From Polyangiales bacterium (GTDB taxonomy: Bacteria > Myxococcota_A > Polyangia > Polyangiales > Polyangiaceae), in NCBI GenBank assembly GCA_038231275.1, contig JBBRLQ010000031.1, positions 1 through 64,000 of the forward strand: a stretch of DNA of 64,000 nt. Reading direction: 5' to 3'. The notes beneath the pieces were generated by a model. The model ran no database searches and was not told where the DNA came from. It saw nothing but the letters and a program-made list of their open reading frames with translations. Positions 10,877 through 20,864 of this stretch are shown piece by piece (positions within the stretch are counted from its first letter, which is position 1; each line of letters begins with the position of its first letter). The translations under genes were made by a program, and so were the position numbers.

Positions 10877-11869
10877 TCAGGAAGGAGCCGCCTGGCCGCG
10901 CCTCCAGACGAGGAGCACGGTCGCGCCGATCGCGACCCAGATCATCTGCATGACGTGGACGAGGAGGGCGATCGACATCGCCACCGCCACGGTCGTGCCG
11001 AGGGGCACCGCCGAGGCCGCAAAAGCTCCGTCCGCGGCGCCGAGCTGTCCCGGCACGAGGACCCCCAGCGCGAGTGCGATCATGTTGATGCCCTGCGCGT
11101 AGAGGACCCGCGCGACCGAGAGATCCACCCCGACGGCGTGCGCGAGGACCGCGAAGACGCCGATCTGGAAGACTCGGCCGACGAGCATCGAGAGCGTCGG
11201 CCCGCGCGGAAGGAGCGCGACGTCGCGCGACGCGGTGCGGAACTCCACGAGGCTCACGCCGAAGCGGCGCGCGATGCGGGTGCCGAGCTCGCTCTGCCCG
11301 CGCGCCGCGGCGCGGATGGCCACGCCACACACCGTCAGGATCGCGGCCTGAGCGAGGAGGGCGAGGGTGACCGCCGAGACGCCCGTGATCGAGAACGCCG
11401 CGATCGCACACGGAACGGCGACGATGCCCCCGACGACGAGGGTGACTGCTTGGTTCGTCGCCCCCGCCGCGATCGCGGTCGGGACTCCTGCGTAGCGGCC
11501 CAACATCGCCACCTTCACGGCCTCCGACGACGTTCGCCCCGCCGGCATCACGCCGGCCACCGCGTAGCCGACGATCTGCGCGCGTACCAGCATCGACCAC
11601 GGCAAGAGGTGGCCACGCGCGCCGTACGCGTAGTACGTCGCGAGCGCTTCGGTGCCGATGCGCGCGCTGTCGAGGAGGAGGACCACGGGGAGCCATCGCC
11701 ACGCCGGCCGGAGCACCCTCTCGATCACGTCGGGTCCGGTGCTGCGAACCATGAACGCCACGACCGCGAGGCCCGCGAGGCCCGTGACCACGCGCACGAT
11801 CGCCGCGGTGTAGCGTCGGGTCGGCGCCGAGCCTTGCGGGGATGGCGGGGATGGATCGGCGGTCGCCAC
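10877..11869 (-). CDS. Lysylphosphatidylglycerol synthase TM-domain (flippase-like, UPF0104) membrane protein
   Basis: Multiple TMs, MPAGRTSSEAVK and VPGQLGAADG motifs; start uncertain. Confidence 0.7.
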   Translation of the reverse strand: MATADPSPPSPQGSAPTRRYTAAIVRVVTGLAGLAVVAFMVRSTGPDVIERVLRPAWRWLPVVLLLDSARIGTEALATYYAYGARGHLLPWSMLVRAQIVGYAVAGVMPAGRTSSEAVKVAMLGRYAGVPTAIAAGATNQAVTLVVGGIVAVPCAIAAFSITGVSAVTLALLAQAAILTVCGVAIRAAARGQSELGTRIARRFGVSLVEFRTASRDVALLPRGPTLSMLVGRVFQIGVFAVLAHAVGVDLSVARVLYAQGINMIALALGVLVPGQLGAADGAFAASAVPLGTTVAVAMSIALLVHVMQMIWVAIGATVLLVWRRGQAAPS

Positions 11870-11919
11870 GAAGCCGCGATGATGAACCGCGCGGAGATTT
11901 TGCGCTAGGATGTCCGCCC

Positions 11920-13188
11920 ATGCCGCGCGCTCGAACGATCTTCGCTCTCCTCGGCGGCGCCGGCGCGCTGGCCGGTTGCACCTCAATCCTCGGATCGTTC
12001 GATCAGGCGACGATCGGCGACGCGAACGCCCAAGACGGCGCCGTTTCGGACGTGCTCGGTCCTCCGAGCGACACCGGAGCCGGCGGCAAGGATGGCGCGA
12101 CGACGGGCGACGCGGACGACGGCGCGACGCCTCCGCTCGTCTGCACGCTCCCCCTTGTCGCGTGCGGGAGCGGCGCCTCCGCGGCGTGCGTAAATCTCGA
12201 CACCTCGCCCGACAACTGCGGCGCGTGCGGTCACTCGTGCGGCGGGGGGCAGTGCCTCCAGAGGCGCTGCCTCCCCTCGATCGTCTACCAGGGCACCACC
12301 GTAGGTCCCATCGCGCAGGACCTCGCCGACGTCTTCTTCGAGTCGAACGAGGATCCGTCTTTCAAGCTCCTCGCATGCCCCAAGGCTGGCTGCGTCGGCG
12401 CGCCGCGGCAGGTCACGATCATGCCGTTCTCGATCAACGCCATTCATGTGCCCGCGCCGCAGACGCTCGCATTCCTGTCGGCGCCGCAGAACGGGAGCGG
12501 CACCGAGCGCCCCGCGGTGTTCTCGTGCGCGACGACCGGGTGCCCGAGCCCACCGGTCTCGTTCGTCGCCGACGGGCTCAACGGAATCCAGGCGCGGCTT
12601 CGCTCCGCCAGCGGTGCGCTCTACGGCGTCACTGGCGGGACTGGCCTCTTTTCGACCACCTGCACGACCGGAGCCTGCGCGACGCCGGCGTCGTTCTTCG
12701 GGCCGCTGACGAGGGGCGTGCACGGCTTCGCACCGACGCAGGCGCTCGTCTACTTCATCGACGCGGCGTCGCGTGGCGGCGCAATCTCGAAGTGCGCCGC
12801 CGGCGACACGGCGTGCGCTCCGGTGATCCTGGTGCCCGGCGACGCGAGCCTCGTCGAGTCGCTCAGCGTCTTCAACGCGAAGCTCTTCTGGCTCGCCCCC
12901 GGACGCGCGGGCTTCAACGAGGGCAAGCTCCTGTCGTGCGATTTGCCGGCGTGCACGACCGTCGCGCCGCAAGCGACCGCGATCGACTCTCCCACCGGGC
13001 TCTTCGTCGACGCCAGCGGCGCGTACTGGTTCACCGCGGGGAACAAGCTCCAGCACTGCGCGGCGAACGGCTGCGTCGGCGGGCAGCAGGATCTGGTGCT
13101 GACCCTGGACACGCCGCACGACGTCATCGCCGACGACACGTTCGTTTATTGGGCCGAGAAGACGAAGATCTCGCGCATCGCGAAGTAG
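11920..13188 (+). CDS. Cys-rich lipoprotein with beta-propeller-like repeats
   Basis: LAGC lipobox; DNCGACGHSC myxobacterial Cys motif; repeated C-x4-C units and D-x-x-x-VYW propeller-like blades. Confidence 0.75.
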   Translation: MPRARTIFALLGGAGALAGCTSILGSFDQATIGDANAQDGAVSDVLGPPSDTGAGGKDGATTGDADDGATPPLVCTLPLVACGSGASAACVNLDTSPDNCGACGHSCGGGQCLQRRCLPSIVYQGTTVGPIAQDLADVFFESNEDPSFKLLACPKAGCVGAPRQVTIMPFSINAIHVPAPQTLAFLSAPQNGSGTERPAVFSCATTGCPSPPVSFVADGLNGIQARLRSASGALYGVTGGTGLFSTTCTTGACATPASFFGPLTRGVHGFAPTQALVYFIDAASRGGAISKCAAGDTACAPVILVPGDASLVESLSVFNAKLFWLAPGRAGFNEGKLLSCDLPACTTVAPQATAIDSPTGLFVDASGAYWFTAGNKLQHCAANGCVGGQQDLVLTLDTPHDVIADDTFVYWAEKTKISRIAK

Positions 13189-13194
13189 GTCACG

Positions 13195-14679
13195 TCACCG
13201 CGAGCGCGTTCGTGCGACCGCGTCCTTCCACTGCGCGAGGTGCGCCTCGCGGGCCTTCGCGGGCATCGCGGGCGCGAAGCTGCGTTCGAGCTTGAGCATC
13301 TTCGCGGCGCTGCTCACCTCGCATAGCCCTGCGCCGACGCCGGCGAGCATCGCGGCGCCGCGGCCCGTCGACTCGATCTCGGTGGGCCTCTCGACGGCGA
13401 CCGACGCAACGTCGGCCTGGAACTGCATGAGCAGATTGTTGGCCGACGCGCCGCCGTCGACGCGCAGGCGCGAGAGCGGCCGGCCTGCGTCGGACGTCAT
13501 CGCGGAGAGGAGGTCGTGGACCTCTAGCGCGATCCCTTCGAGCGTCGCGCGCGCGAGGTGGGCCGCCGTCGTGCCACGCGTGATCCCGGTGATGGCGCCG
13601 CGCGCGCCTTGATCCCAATACGGGGCGCCGAGCCCAGCGAGCGCGGGGACGAACGAGACGCCGTCCGAAGAAGGCACCTTGCGCGCGAGCTCCTCGATGT
13701 CCTTCGCGGTGCGGATGATCCCGAGGCCGTCGCGAAGCCACTGCACCGCGGCGCCGGCGATGAAGGCGCTCCCTTCGAGCGCGTACGTCGTCTTGCCGCC
13801 GATGCGCCACGCAACTGTGGTGACGAGGCCGTTCTTGCTGAGCACCGGTCGCTCGCCGATGTTCATGAGCGCGAACGCGCCGGTGCCGTACGTGCACTTC
13901 GCGTCGCCCTCGGCGAAGCACGCCTGGCCGAAGAGCGCGGCCTGCTGATCTCCGGCAATGCCGGCGATCGGAATTCCGTCCGGCAAAAACCCCGCTCCCT
14001 TCGTGCGCGCGACGATCTCCGCGCTGCCGACGATTTTGGGGAGGACGGCGGCGGGCACGCGAAAGGTCGCGCAGAGCTCGGGATCCCACTCGCAGCGCGC
14101 GAGGTTCATCAAGAGCGTGCGCGATGCGTTCGTCACGTCGGTGACGTGCGCCTCGCCGCTCGTGAGCTGGCTGACGAGGAACGAGTCCACCGTACCGAAC
14201 GCGAGCTCTCCTGCTTCGGCGCGCGCGCGGGCGCCCGGCACCTGATCGAGGATCCACGCGATCTTCGTGGCGGAGAAATACGCGTCGACGACGAGGCCGG
14301 TCTTCTCGCGAATGCGCGGCTCCTTCCCCTCGCGCTTCAGCTGATCGCACACGTCGGCGGTGCGCCGGCACTGCCACACGATCGCGCGGTAGATCGGCGC
14401 GCGCGTCTTGCGATCCCACACCAGCGTCGTCTCGCGCTGGTTGGTGATGCCGATCGCCGCGATGTCGCTCCCCTTCACCTTCGCCGTCGCGAGCGCCGCC
14501 TCGCACGAGGCCTGGACGCTCTTCCAAATGTCGCTCGGATCGTGCTCGACCCAGCCGGGCTTGGGGAAGTGCTGCGGGAACTCGACGTTATGTCGTCCCA
14601 ACGTCCTTCCGTCGTCCGTGACGACGAGCGCGGTCGAGCCGGTTGTCCCCTGATCGATGGCGAGGAGGTACTGTCCCAT
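13195..14679 (-). CDS. glpK: Glycerol kinase
   Basis: [53 protein letters not shown] motifs. Confidence 0.97.
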   Translation of the reverse strand: MGQYLLAIDQGTTGSTALVVTDDGRTLGRHNVEFPQHFPKPGWVEHDPSDIWKSVQASCEAALATAKVKGSDIAAIGITNQRETTLVWDRKTRAPIYRAIVWQCRRTADVCDQLKREGKEPRIREKTGLVVDAYFSATKIAWILDQVPGARARAEAGELAFGTVDSFLVSQLTSGEAHVTDVTNASRTLLMNLARCEWDPELCATFRVPAAVLPKIVGSAEIVARTKGAGFLPDGIPIAGIAGDQQAALFGQACFAEGDAKCTYGTGAFALMNIGERPVLSKNGLVTTVAWRIGGKTTYALEGSAFIAGAAVQWLRDGLGIIRTAKDIEELARKVPSSDGVSFVPALAGLGAPYWDQGARGAITGITRGTTAAHLARATLEGIALEVHDLLSAMTSDAGRPLSRLRVDGGASANNLLMQFQADVASVAVERPTEIESTGRGAAMLAGVGAGLCEVSSAAKMLKLERSFAPAMPAKAREAHLAQWKDAVARTRSR

Positions 14680-14765
14680 GGGGGAATCCTACGTTCGTTC
14701 GGAGCGCCTTTCCAAACGCGAACCGTTCGCGCGGGCGACGGCAATCCCAGGTACGATTGAAGCCG

Positions 14766-17417
14766 ATGCTCCGCGCCCTCCTCGTCGTCCGCCTGTTCGC
14801 GTGCGCGCTCCTCGTCGGCTGCGTCTTCGGGTGCTCCGACTCGCCGAGCGGAGGCGACGTCGTGGCCGATGCGGGCAGTGAGGCCTCGGCCGCGGACACC
14901 GCCCCAACGCGCTTCCGCGTCGGCGGAACGGTGAGCGGCCTCCACGGCACCGTCGTCCTCAGGAACAACGACGCCGACGATCTGGTCGTCGCCACCGACG
15001 GCCCCTTCACGTTCGCTACGACGGTCGCCGACGGCGGTCTCTACGAGGTCACGATCGCGGCGCAGCCTGCCGATCAGACGTGCGCGGTCGGCAACGCCGC
15101 GGGGCACGTCTCGGGGGCCAACGTCACTGGCATCAGCATCGCCTGCACGGCGAACCGCTTCTCGATCGGAGGGTCGGCCGTTGGCCTCGCGGGCACCGTC
15201 GTCGTCAAGAACGGCCCCGACGTCCTCTCGCTCTCGCAGAACGGCCCCTTCACGTTCCCCACGCTCGTCCCCGGTGGCAGCGCGTACGACGCGACGATCA
15301 CTGGTCAGCCCACCGGCCAGACGTGCACGCTCTCCGGTGGGAGTGGGACCGTCGGCACCGCCAACGTGACGACGCTCGCCGTCACGTGCGCCGCGATTTA
15401 CACCGTAGGTGGCAACGTCTCCGGCCTCGCGGGCACCCTCGTGCTCCACGACAACGGCGGCGACGCGCTCACGCTCACGGCGAACGGTCCCTTCACGTTC
15501 GCGAAGGCGCTCGCGGGCGGCGCTCCCTATGCCGTGACGGTCGCGACGCAGCCGACCAACCAGCTGTGCACCGTCCAAGGCGGCAATGGCACCGTCGCCG
15601 CCGCCAACGTCACCACCGTCGCCGTCGCCTGCGCGCCGACCTTCTCGATCGGGGGCACGGTGAGTGGCCTCACCGCAGGCACCGCGGTCCTCCAGCTCAA
15701 CGGCGGCAACAACCTCGCGGTCTCGACGAGCGGCCCGTTCACCTTCGGCGCGCGCCTCCCCGACCTCGCGACGTACGACGTGCAAATGCTCACGCAGCCG
15801 ACCGGCCAGGTGTGCACCGTGACGAACGGCGCCGGCACGGTCGCCGCCGCGAACGTGACGAACGTGGCGATCGCCTGCCGCGCCCTCACCGTCGCGGTGA
15901 ACGAGGTCCACGCTCGCCCCGCGAGCGGCGCGTACGGCGACGCGAACGGCGACCTCGTGCGCGACGGAGCGCAGGACGAGTTCGTCGAGATCATGAACAA
16001 CGAGGCCGCGACGGTGGACGTCTCCGGCTGGGTGCTCAAGGTCGGCGCGACGGTCCGCTTCACGTTCGCGGCAGGAACCACGCTGGCGCCTTCCGGACGC
16101 GCGGTCGTGTTCGGCGGCGGTACGCCCGCGGGCAGCTTCGGGGCGGGGCTCGTCTTCGTCTCGAGCGGTCTGTCGCTCACCGACGCTCCCGCCGCTCCCC
16201 TCGCGGTCGCACTCGCGTCGGCGGCCACCGCCGGCGTCACCCTCGACACGTTCACGTACGACGCGTCCACGTTCGGCGCGTCGTGCACCACGTCGTGTCC
16301 GTCGCAAGTGCGCGCGCCGGAGGGCACCGGCGCGTTCGGCTCGCACGCCACCGCGTCGGGGAGCCCTGGAATTCTTTGGTCGCCCGGCGTCGCGGCCACC
16401 GCCGCCATCCCCAAGGTGAACCCCTTCATGGGCGCGCCTGCCACCGGCGCGAGCGCCGTCAGCGTCAAATCGTGGATCGTCGTCCAGCTCGAGATGTTCG
16501 CCACGGTCTCCGACTACGACAACACCCGCCTCAAGCTCTACGCGTCGCCGTGCGCGGCCCTCGCCAACGAGGTCACGTCGTTCTCGTTCATCGGTTCGGG
16601 CATCGACCCCGCGCAGGGCCGGATGATTCCCTCGGCCGATCTCACGTTCGCGGCGACGTACTGTATCTCGGTCGCCTCGACGCTTCGCTCCGCCACCGGT
16701 ACGCCGCTCGCGGCCCCGGTCAGCTACCAGTTCGCGACGCGCCCCGCGCAGAGCGCGCCCGCGAACACGGTCGTCGTGAGCGAGTACGGCGGCTGCCGAA
16801 TGAACGGCTCTCCTGGCACGACGGCGTGCGGCGGCACCGGCGCGAACGACGAGTTCGTCGAGCTCTACAACCCAACCGCCGCCGCGATCGATCTTTCTGG
16901 GTGGTTCATCCAGCGCCGCGCGGCAGGCGGCAGCGCCGCGTGCTGGGCGACCCTGCCCGCCGGCTCGAGCATTCCGTCGAACGGCTTCTACCTCGTCGGC
17001 GGCGCCGGCTACACCGCGAGCCGCTACGCAGGCGCCCCTGCCGCCGACTACATCGGCATCGGCACACAGATCAGCGGTGGCAGCGAGAGCATCGTCCTCG
17101 TGTCGAGCGCCGGGTCGTGCACGGGAACCACCGGCGTCATCGACGCGGTCAGCGCCGGCACGATCACCGACTCGCTCGCGTCGCTGGAGCTGCCTCCCTT
17201 CCCCGGCGCCGTCGTCGACGGCACGAGCGTCGAGCGCAAGGCCTGCTTCGACTCGACCGGCGACGCCGCCGCCACGACCGGGCTCCTCCCGACCGGAGGC
17301 CACGAGCTCTTCGGCAACAGCGAGCGCATCGGCGCGAGCAACGCCGATTTCGTGCTCCGCCCCACGCCCGGCCCGCAGAACCGCACGAACGCCGCCGAGA
17401 TCCGCACCTGTCCGTGA
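14766..17417 (+). CDS. Large surface lipoprotein: four ~81-aa beta-rich repeats, two lamin-tail domains and an Ig-like (Big_5-like) domain
   Basis: VFGC lipobox; 4x (GGxVSGL...GPFTF...QP...C); LTD motifs NEV...DEFVEIMN and DEFVELYNPT...DLSGW. Confidence 0.85.
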   Translation: MLRALLVVRLFACALLVGCVFGCSDSPSGGDVVADAGSEASAADTAPTRFRVGGTVSGLHGTVVLRNNDADDLVVATDGPFTFATTVADGGLYEVTIAAQPADQTCAVGNAAGHVSGANVTGISIACTANRFSIGGSAVGLAGTVVVKNGPDVLSLSQNGPFTFPTLVPGGSAYDATITGQPTGQTCTLSGGSGTVGTANVTTLAVTCAAIYTVGGNVSGLAGTLVLHDNGGDALTLTANGPFTFAKALAGGAPYAVTVATQPTNQLCTVQGGNGTVAAANVTTVAVACAPTFSIGGTVSGLTAGTAVLQLNGGNNLAVSTSGPFTFGARLPDLATYDVQMLTQPTGQVCTVTNGAGTVAAANVTNVAIACRALTVAVNEVHARPASGAYGDANGDLVRDGAQDEFVEIMNNEAATVDVSGWVLKVGATVRFTFAAGTTLAPSGRAVVFGGGTPAGSFGAGLVFVSSGLSLTDAPAAPLAVALASAATAGVTLDTFTYDASTFGASCTTSCPSQVRAPEGTGAFGSHATASGSPGILWSPGVAATAAIPKVNPFMGAPATGASAVSVKSWIVVQLEMFATVSDYDNTRLKLYASPCAALANEVTSFSFIGSGIDPAQGRMIPSADLTFAATYCISVASTLRSATGTPLAAPVSYQFATRPAQSAPANTVVVSEYGGCRMNGSPGTTACGGTGANDEFVELYNPTAAAIDLSGWFIQRRAAGGSAACWATLPAGSSIPSNGFYLVGGAGYTASRYAGAPAADYIGIGTQISGGSESIVLVSSAGSCTGTTGVIDAVSAGTITDSLASLELPPFPGAVVDGTSVERKACFDSTGDAAATTGLLPTGGHELFGNSERIGASNADFVLRPTPGPQNRTNAAEIRTCP
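14913..15878 (+). repeat. Four intragenic tandem domain repeats (240-246 bp period)
   Basis: Units start at 14913, 15159, 15399 and 15642. Confidence 0.85.
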
Positions 17418-17462
17418 GCGGCGCCTGACGGCTCGGCCGTCGCTCGGCCATACGAAAGCTCG

Positions 17463-17762
17463 ATGCGCTCATTGCTCGTCTGCGTGATTCTCTCGATCGG
17501 ATGCGGCGGGCGCGTCGAAGGCCCCGTCGTTGGCACCGACGGCGACGCGAGCGCGCACCGCGGGGGTAGCGACGGGGGAGGCGACGACGGGGGCGGCGGT
17601 GGAACGAGCCCTTGGGACTTCCCGGTGTGCCCGCCCGATCCGCCTTCGGTAGGCACCGGCTGCGCGACGCCGAACCAGGGCTGCCGCTACATCCAGATCG
17701 GTGGAGGATGCGAGGCGTACCGCTGCGACGGCACGTGGCGCAGCGCGCCAGAGGGCTGCTGA
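17463..17762 (+). CDS. Small Cys-rich lipoprotein
   Basis: SIGC lipobox, Gly/Asp linker, CP...C...C.Y...C...C..W module. Confidence 0.7.
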   Translation: MRSLLVCVILSIGCGGRVEGPVVGTDGDASAHRGGSDGGGDDGGGGGTSPWDFPVCPPDPPSVGTGCATPNQGCRYIQIGGGCEAYRCDGTWRSAPEGC

Positions 17763-17801
17763 TCGCTCGCCCCTGCGCGTCTCACAAGCTACGCTGATCC
17801 A

Positions 17802-19046
17802 GTGCGCCGGCTTGCGATGCTCTCTTTTTCTATCGCGCTCGCGGCGTGCGGTCTCGAGCTCACGGGAACGGGCGCGGCGCCGGACGGCGACATGGACGGG
17901 GGCGACGCGTCCGCGAGCGATGTCGCGGCCGGGAACGACCGGACCACCTCGGGCGATGGTGACGTGGACGAAGGCGTTTTGGAAGGCAGCCCTGGCTTCG
18001 ACGCCGGAGACGGCAGCGTCAAGGACGTCGTCTCCGGCGATGCACCGAGCACGACGGCGCGAAAGAAAGCCATCACGGTCGACCACACCAAGGTCCCCGG
18101 CCCGCTCGCCGACTTTCCGATCTGGATCGATTTGGTCGACCCTCAAGTCGCCGCGCGCGCGCAGCTCGATGGTCGCGATCTGTTCTTCACCGCGAGCGAC
18201 GGGACGCCGCTCGCCCACGAGGTGCAGAGCTGGAATCGCGCCCAATCTCATCTGAGCGCGTGGGTGCGCGTTCCGCAGCTTTCGGACACCGTGTCGACCG
18301 TCATCTATTTGCGCTACGGCGATTCCAACGGGGCGCCAGCCGCTGCGCCCGCGACGGTCTTCTCGAGCAACTTCGTGTCGGTGTGGCATCTGGATGACGC
18401 GCTCACGACGACGGCGATCGCGGACGCGACGGGCACGCACGCTGGCATCGGCGTGGGGCTCGCGCCTTCGCAGCAGGTCGCGGCGAAGCTCGGAGGCGGC
18501 GTCGCGTTCACGGGCGGCGGCGACGAGATCACCTTCACCAATCCGCTGACCGGCAACGGCCCGCACACGTTTTCGATGTGGGTGTCGCAGCAGGCGACGA
18601 CCGACAATGACGCGCTGCTCGTCCTCGGCAGCGGCGCGTGTGGGCAGTCGCGCTGGTTTCACAGCCGGTTCAACGCGTCCACCGTCGCCGTCGGCTTCTA
18701 TTGCAACGATTGGTCGAACCCCAACGTCAACGTGGTGAGCGCCGGGTGGACGCTGCTTCACTGGGTGTTCGAGGGCGCGAACGGCGTGAGTCGCATCTAC
18801 AGAGACGGCGCGCTCGTCGCCGGGCCCTTCACGCATTCGGGCACCGCCGTGGCGACGCAAGGCACCGGTGGCCACATCGGAAATGCGCCCGCCGCGTGGG
18901 GGACGAACATGGGCGTCCACGCGACCCTCGACGAGGCGAGGATCGCGACGGTCGCGAGATCGCCTCAGTGGATCGCCGCAGAGTTCGCGAACCAGAGCTC
19001 GCCCTCGACCTTCACCTCCGTCGGACCCGAGCAAGCTGCGCCGTGA
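17802..19046 (+). CDS. DUF2341 plus LamG/concanavalin-like domain lipoprotein
   Basis: LAAC lipobox; DLFFT...LAHEVQSW...AWVRVP...IYLRYG (DUF2341-like); VWHLDD...DEARI (LamG-like). Confidence 0.8.
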   Translation: MRRLAMLSFSIALAACGLELTGTGAAPDGDMDGGDASASDVAAGNDRTTSGDGDVDEGVLEGSPGFDAGDGSVKDVVSGDAPSTTARKKAITVDHTKVPGPLADFPIWIDLVDPQVAARAQLDGRDLFFTASDGTPLAHEVQSWNRAQSHLSAWVRVPQLSDTVSTVIYLRYGDSNGAPAAAPATVFSSNFVSVWHLDDALTTTAIADATGTHAGIGVGLAPSQQVAAKLGGGVAFTGGGDEITFTNPLTGNGPHTFSMWVSQQATTDNDALLVLGSGACGQSRWFHSRFNASTVAVGFYCNDWSNPNVNVVSAGWTLLHWVFEGANGVSRIYRDGALVAGPFTHSGTAVATQGTGGHIGNAPAAWGTNMGVHATLDEARIATVARSPQWIAAEFANQSSPSTFTSVGPEQAAP

Positions 19047-19086
19047 AGGTGGCGCGTGAGTCCGCGCGGCTCCGCGCGTTCGAGGC

Positions 19087-20829
19087 TCAGCCTCGCTTCG
19101 GGCGCGCGAAGATCGAAGAGAGCACGAGCACCGCGCCCGCGCCGATCGCGACGTAGCCGCACACGCGCGCGAGCTGGTCCTCGCCGCGGAAGTGGAGTTG
19201 GAGCGCCGCGACGCCGGCCGCGATGCCGATCGCGGTGTAGATGATCTGCCGCCCGATCGCGTAGAGCGTGCGTGCCCCCTCGTTCATGCCGCGGACGCGC
19301 ACCTCCATCTCGCCGCGCGTGGCGCGCGTGAGGTACTTGCGGAGATCGTCGGGGAGCGTCACCGCGCCCATCGCCATGTCGCGGACCGTTTCCATCGCGA
19401 TCTGCGTGAAATCGCGGTTCCCCAGCACGAAATCCTGCATGTACGGCTGGATGATCCCCATCGGGTTGAGCTCGGGATCGAGCAGCGAGCACGAGCCGTA
19501 CAAGAGGATGATGGTGCGCTCGAGCAGCACCCAGTCGCGCGGGATGTGGAACGCGCTCGACAGCTCCTTCAGGCCCACGTTCATCTTGCGCAGATCGAAC
19601 AGGCTCTCGAAGCCGCGCTGCGGATCGATCTTCACGTCCTTCAGGTTGAAGCTCTCGAGCTTCACCTCGTCTTGGAAGCGCTTGTGGAAGTACTCGATGA
19701 CCTTTTCGCTCACGACCTCGTCGCTCGTGCGCGTGAGGAAGCCCATCTTGCGCAGCGCCTTGATGAGGCGATCGGTGTCGCGGCGGATGACGCCCTCGAG
19801 GAACTCGGGGATGCCCTCGCGCATCTCCGGCGAGAGGCGCGCGACCGCGCCGAAATCGAGCAAGACCAGCGAGCCGTCGCTGTCGACCAGGATGTTCCCG
19901 GGGTGCGGATCGGCGTGGTAAATGCCGTCGATGAAGATCATCTGGCAGTAGGCCTGCACGAGGCGCTTCGCCAAGTCCTTCTTGTCGATGCCGGTCGACT
20001 CGATGCCGGCGAGATCGGTGATCTTCCTGCCGGACACGAAGGTGCTCGTGAGCACGCGCTTGGTCGACAGCTCGCGGACGGGGACCGGGAAGCGGATCCT
20101 CGGATTTTTCTCGAAGTTCTTGGCGATCGTCTCGACGTTCTTCGCCTCGAGCTCGAAGTCGAGCTCCTGCCGCAAGAGCTCCTTGATTTGGTGGTAGTAG
20201 CCGTCGAGCCCCTGCAGCGGGACGAACCACTGCACGATCATCATGATGCGGCGAATGGTCGTGAGATCGAGCTTCACGATCCGGTCGATGTCCTTGTGCT
20301 GGACCTTCACCGCGACGCGCGTGCCGTCCTTGAGGCGCGCCTCGTGGACCTGGCCGAGCGAAGCGCTCGCGATGGGCGTGCGCTGGAAGTCGTCGAAGAT
20401 GGCGTCGACCTTCTTGCCGAGATCCATCTCGATGCGATCGGCGATCTCCTCGAAGGCGCGCGGCGGCACCTGATCCTGCAGGCCCTCGAGCTCGCCGCGG
20501 AACGCCTCGGGGAGGAAATTCGCCATGATCGACAGCGCCTGGCCGACCTTGATGAAGAGTCCCTGAAGCTCGAGGATCGTCTCGTACACGCGGCGCGCGT
20601 TCAGCTTGTGGATCGCGCCGATGCGCTCGCGCTTGTACGCCTGCCCGAACATCCGCCCCTTGGCGGAGAGCCACACGTAACTGAAAATGACTTGGAACGT
20701 CGTCGAGTAGGCGCGGATGAAGCGCCAGTTGTCCGACGCGGGATTGCGGTAAACGATCGCGGGCGCTTCGCCCTTCTCACCCGTGCGGGCGAGGCTCGAT
20801 CCCTCGGTTTTCAGACCCGCTTGCGCCAC
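19087..20829 (-). CDS. ABC1/UbiB (AarF) family atypical kinase
   Basis: FIKVGQ, LQDQVPP, ASASLGQVH, AVKVQ, HADPHPGN, LDFG. GTG at 20829 preferred because TACGCT lies 6 nt upstream; ATG at 20847 is an alternative. Confidence 0.92.
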   Translation of the reverse strand: MAQAGLKTEGSSLARTGEKGEAPAIVYRNPASDNWRFIRAYSTTFQVIFSYVWLSAKGRMFGQAYKRERIGAIHKLNARRVYETILELQGLFIKVGQALSIMANFLPEAFRGELEGLQDQVPPRAFEEIADRIEMDLGKKVDAIFDDFQRTPIASASLGQVHEARLKDGTRVAVKVQHKDIDRIVKLDLTTIRRIMMIVQWFVPLQGLDGYYHQIKELLRQELDFELEAKNVETIAKNFEKNPRIRFPVPVRELSTKRVLTSTFVSGRKITDLAGIESTGIDKKDLAKRLVQAYCQMIFIDGIYHADPHPGNILVDSDGSLVLLDFGAVARLSPEMREGIPEFLEGVIRRDTDRLIKALRKMGFLTRTSDEVVSEKVIEYFHKRFQDEVKLESFNLKDVKIDPQRGFESLFDLRKMNVGLKELSSAFHIPRDWVLLERTIILLYGSCSLLDPELNPMGIIQPYMQDFVLGNRDFTQIAMETVRDMAMGAVTLPDDLRKYLTRATRGEMEVRVRGMNEGARTLYAIGRQIIYTAIGIAAGVAALQLHFRGEDQLARVCGYVAIGAGAVLVLSSIFARPKRG

Positions 20830-20864
20830 ACGTGTAGCGTACCTCATCTTCCTCGCGAGACCCC

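Noticed and set aside
9729..11981. 750-aa and 388-aa minus-strand ORFs as single genes
   Set aside because: They run through the frames of neighbouring genes; the real genes are 9010-9732 and 9729-10622.
14475..17428. Very long antisense and alternate-frame ORFs (942 aa, 782 aa), and similar ones throughout the window
   Set aside because: Expected in high-GC DNA with few stop codons; Arg/Ala/Gly-rich with no recognisable motifs.
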